27,176 nt of DNA from a virus (lineage: Duplodnaviria > Caudoviricetes), in IMG/VR virus record IMGVR_UViG_3300025103_000125, positions 1 to 27,176 of that record; one strand, given 5' to 3'. Positions 24,375-27,176 of the stretch are shown here, piece by piece. The translations under genes and the position numbers were made by a program. The notes under the pieces were generated by a model that had not been told where the DNA came from, did no database searches, and saw only the letters and a list, made by a program, of their open reading frames with translations. The number at the start of each line of letters is the position of its first letter. Position 1 is the stretch's first letter.

Positions 24375-25580
24375 ATGCTTGGCTTCAGCCCATTAGCTTC
24401 AGCTACCCTTGCAGATGATGGGATTGTAACCACAGCAATCGGCACTAATGCTATTACAACAGGCGCTCCTACTGTTGAATCTTCAACAATAACTCAAAGC
24501 CATTCCCTTAATGCCTCTGCTGTAACAGGCAGCGCACCAGTTATCGACTCGCCTACTGTTGCAAGGCAACTACCTGCTGACTCAGTTACTTGCGGTACGC
24601 CTGTTGTTGATCCTATTTCTATCTCTTCTCAGCATCACATATTCAGAGAACATATAGGGGAGTTTAGAGTAAGTGCGTCTGGCGGTAAGTTTTACATACA
24701 AGATTATTCAAGTTTCCTTGGCATAGCGCGAGGCGCATACATTGAAACGCCAACCCTTGAACTGCATAGCGGAGTTTCATCCCAAGATCGGATGTATCGC
24801 TTTTGGCTAACTGGCAGTGGTATGTATTCTGGTGGTTCGGCTATACACGACTTTAGATTAAGAACACCTGATGGCACTGAGTATACTGATGGAGTTGTAT
24901 TTACTGGTGGCCTTGGAAGTGAGCGACTTGAATTAACTCTTGGCGCTAACCCACCAGAATATCTACAATATTATTGCGCTAACCATTCTGGTATGGGCGG
25001 CGATATATTTATTAAGATTGTTTCTACTGCGGCAGAGGGCGCTCTCAATACCCAGATTGCGACTAGCGCTCCAACAATTGATACGCCACAGATTACTGTT
25101 AATCATGTATTAACTGCGAACAGCGTCTCCGCAAGTGCGCCAACCATTGATAACTCAACTGCTGCTATAGATCATAGCTTTGACGCGGTTATTAATATAG
25201 GCGCTCCGTCTGTTGGTTCCCCAGTAATGACTGGCGTTCATAGCTTAACGTCAACAGATATTACAAACAGCGCACCAACAATTGATACCCCAACGTTAGT
25301 TGAAAACGTTGCTCTTACAGCAACAAGCATTACAACTAGCGCAGTTCAGATTGATACTCCTACAGCTAATGAAAGCAATGACTTTGTTGGTGTATCAATT
25401 ACAACTGGTGTGCCTCAAGTAGATCAGCCTACAGCTATTGCGGGCGCTCCCTTAATTAATCCTGACATTGATGGAGCTAACGACTTAATCATGACCACTG
25501 AAGTTAATACGGTTCGTATCTCTATTGGCGTCAATGATGCGATTGTTGATACAGAGATATTTCTTGCCAATGTCGCTTGA
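24375..25580 (+). CDS. Thr/Ser/Pro repeat virion protein with inserted cupredoxin-like domain
   Basis: MLGFSPLAS start; nine (G/S)(A/T/V)P.(V/I)D.P-like repeats; insert containing IHDF and YYCANHSGM. Confidence 0.7.
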   Translation: MLGFSPLASATLADDGIVTTAIGTNAITTGAPTVESSTITQSHSLNASAVTGSAPVIDSPTVARQLPADSVTCGTPVVDPISISSQHHIFREHIGEFRVSASGGKFYIQDYSSFLGIARGAYIETPTLELHSGVSSQDRMYRFWLTGSGMYSGGSAIHDFRLRTPDGTEYTDGVVFTGGLGSERLELTLGANPPEYLQYYCANHSGMGGDIFIKIVSTAAEGALNTQIATSAPTIDTPQITVNHVLTANSVSASAPTIDNSTAAIDHSFDAVINIGAPSVGSPVMTGVHSLTSTDITNSAPTIDTPTLVENVALTATSITTSAVQIDTPTANESNDFVGVSITTGVPQVDQPTAIAGAPLINPDIDGANDLIMTTEVNTVRISIGVNDAIVDTEIFLANVA

Positions 25581-25599
25581 TATGGAATAAGGAGAAAGC

Positions 25600-25923
25600 A
25601 TGACCTTCTATATTAAACAGAATGATACCAAGCCAATAATCAGCGCCACTTTAATTAATGGCGATGGTTCTGTTGCTAATTTAACTGGTGCTAGTATCGC
25701 ATTTAAAATGCGTAAGTCTGGTGAGTCATCATCTACTGTTGATTCATCAGCGACCATTGCATCTGCCTCAACAGGTGAGGTCACATATTCTTGGATAGCT
25801 GCTAACACTCAAACTGTTGGTAGTTATGAGGGGGAGTTCCAAGTCACTTATGCTGACGGTGGAATCCAGACCTTCCCGAATAGTAGATACATTGAAATAG
25901 AAATCGTGGACGATATAGCATGA
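25600..25923 (+). CDS. BppU N-terminal-like Ig-fold virion protein
   Basis: FYIKQNDT, NLTGASI.F.M, GEVTYSW and GSYEGEFQVTY..G.IQTFP motifs; AAGGAG RBS. Confidence 0.7.
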   Translation: MTFYIKQNDTKPIISATLINGDGSVANLTGASIAFKMRKSGESSSTVDSSATIASASTGEVTYSWIAANTQTVGSYEGEFQVTYADGGIQTFPNSRYIEIEIVDDIA

Positions 25924-26111
25924 CTAAACAGACTATAGCATCAGCGCATCAGCGTATCGACAAGATAGAAAAGCAGATTATTGCTATGAAAACTGAAATG
26001 GACATACAATTCAAAGACTTGTTTAACCGCGTCAAAAGAATAGAAGCTATTCTAATTGGCAGTAGCGCATTTATTATTGTGCTTCTTTTGCGGATGACAA
26101 TGACAGGCTAA
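25920..26111 (+). CDS. XhlA-like small coiled-coil membrane protein
   Basis: Coiled coil (AHQRIDKIE...RVKRIE) plus one C-terminal TM helix. Confidence 0.6.
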   Translation: MTKQTIASAHQRIDKIEKQIIAMKTEMDIQFKDLFNRVKRIEAILIGSSAFIIVLLLRMTMTG

Positions 26112-26554
26112 TGATTGATCCTTTAACAGCGTTTGCCGCAATAAAGGCCGCTGTTTCTGCGGGTCAAGAATTAGTAAACGTCACCAAGCAGATTGGTGAG
26201 TTCTTCGATGGCGTCGATGATCTGCGCAATAAACATAATAAGAAAAAAAGCAGCGCGTTTGGCAGTGAAGACGAAAACGCAATGGAAACCTTTGTTGCTT
26301 TGCAAAAAGCAAAGGATGCAGAGGAGGAGTTACGTGAATTAATAATTCATTTGCGTGGCTACTCTGCTTGGCAAGAATTGATTGCTATTAGAGCTAGGGT
26401 GCGGCGTGAAAGAAAAGAGCGTGAAGAAGAACAAGCTAGGCTAAAGGCTGAAAGGTTTGAGGCTATTGCCATATGGGGCAGCATTGGTTTAATTTTAACA
26501 TTAGTAACTGGCTTCGCCATTGTTGTTTTGCTTGGCGTAACAGGGAGAATATAA
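26111..26554 (+). CDS. Coiled-coil protein with C-terminal TM helix (lysis region)
   Basis: MIDPLTAFAA start; charged helix; hydrophobic C-terminus. Confidence 0.7.
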   Translation: MIDPLTAFAAIKAAVSAGQELVNVTKQIGEFFDGVDDLRNKHNKKKSSAFGSEDENAMETFVALQKAKDAEEELRELIIHLRGYSAWQELIAIRARVRRERKEREEEQARLKAERFEAIAIWGSIGLILTLVTGFAIVVLLGVTGRI

Positions 26555-26755
26555 ATGGCACACACTGTTATAGATGACTGGAAGATTGTACCCCGACTTA
26601 TGATGTTAGCCGTCACCATCCTGACCTATCAATCTGTCCACTGGTACATGTCATTGCCTGAACCCACCATACAGCAATCAGGTTTAGTATCTGTTTGTAT
26701 GGGGGCGCTCACAGGCTGCTTTGGAATTTGGATGGGTAAGGAGTCACAGAAATGA
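26555..26755 (+). CDS. Small two-TM holin-like protein
   Basis: DDWKIVPRLMM, two hydrophobic helices, charged tail. Confidence 0.6.
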   Translation: MAHTVIDDWKIVPRLMMLAVTILTYQSVHWYMSLPEPTIQQSGLVSVCMGALTGCFGIWMGKESQK

Positions 26756-27144
26756 TACAAGCATTAATAGGGCCGATAGCAGAATTAGCAGGTGGTTGGT
26801 TAAAGGGTAAGGCTGCTTCGCAAGCTGCTTCTGCAAACCTCAAGCTAGTCGAGGCAGAAGCGAAAGCGACCATAATGAAAAGCGCCGCTACGAGCGAAGC
26901 CGATTGGGAGCGCCTTATGGCTCAAGGTTCTCAGTCAAGCTGGAAGGACGAATGGCTAACAATTTTGTTTTCAATTCCATTGTGTCTCTCATTTTTACCG
27001 TTTCAATGGGCAGAAGATGCAGTGCAAAATGGCTTTGCTGCTTTGGAATCTATGCCCGACTGGTATCAATACACGCTTGGTGTTATTGTAGCTGCAAGCT
27101 TTGGTGTAAGGTCAGCAACTAAATTTTTCGGCAAAGGAAAATAA
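26752..27144 (+). CDS. Holin (GTA 3TM holin-like)
   Basis: SSWKDEW, MPDWYQY and AASFGVR motifs with TM helices. Confidence 0.75.
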   Translation: MIQALIGPIAELAGGWLKGKAASQAASANLKLVEAEAKATIMKSAATSEADWERLMAQGSQSSWKDEWLTILFSIPLCLSFLPFQWAEDAVQNGFAALESMPDWYQYTLGVIVAASFGVRSATKFFGKGK

Positions 27145-27152
27145 GAATTTTC

Positions 27153-27176
27153 TTTAAACAAAAAAAATCTGCGGTT
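27153..27176 (-). terminator. Possible 3' half of a convergent minus-strand terminator
   Basis: Minus strand reads AACCGCAGA-TTTTTTTT; the 5' arm would lie beyond the window. Confidence 0.3.

Noticed and set aside
3927-27122. Numerous short antisense or out-of-frame ORFs inside the large genes
   Set aside because: Shadow ORFs nested in well-supported genes with no independent signals.
1-27176. Gene transfer agent interpretation prompted by the GTA-type holin and lack of replication genes
   Set aside because: That holin family is common in phages, the module is podoviral, no host flanking genes are present, and the window is probably a partial genome.

Overview
This window is the packaging, morphogenesis and lysis arm of a short-tailed (podovirus-type) dsDNA phage. 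It has a T7/BPP-1/HTVC010P-style structural module and probably infects a marine alphaproteobacterium (inference). The + strand order is: terS, seven small mostly basic ORFs (one an HNH), terL, a small Met-Cys virion protein, portal, a Bbp19-like protein, scaffold, a gp13-like GNAT, major capsid, tail tubular A and B, three ejection proteins, a fibre module (including a 1002-aa YadA-like fibre and a repeat protein with an inserted cupredoxin-like domain), and four membrane/holin genes. One divergent gene with its own terminator lies at the left end. I see no replication, integrase, RT, tRNA, CRISPR or endolysin gene. The most unusual part is the non-coding interval of about 900 nt between the divergent gene and terS (569-1475), which is densely structured. 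It contains a rod-like fold-back of about 320 nt (610-931), a GCAA hairpin with T-run, a four-way junction, TTACGT boxes, a purine mirror repeat and a hairpin occluding the terS RBS. The rod shares an internal-loop motif with the capsid mRNA leader and has a second possible pairing partner across the terS stop codon. A 13-bp motif (ARTTTGTGCRTTG) precedes four late modules. All protein calls come from motif recognition and synteny, and all pairings were found by eye, not by database search or folding software.
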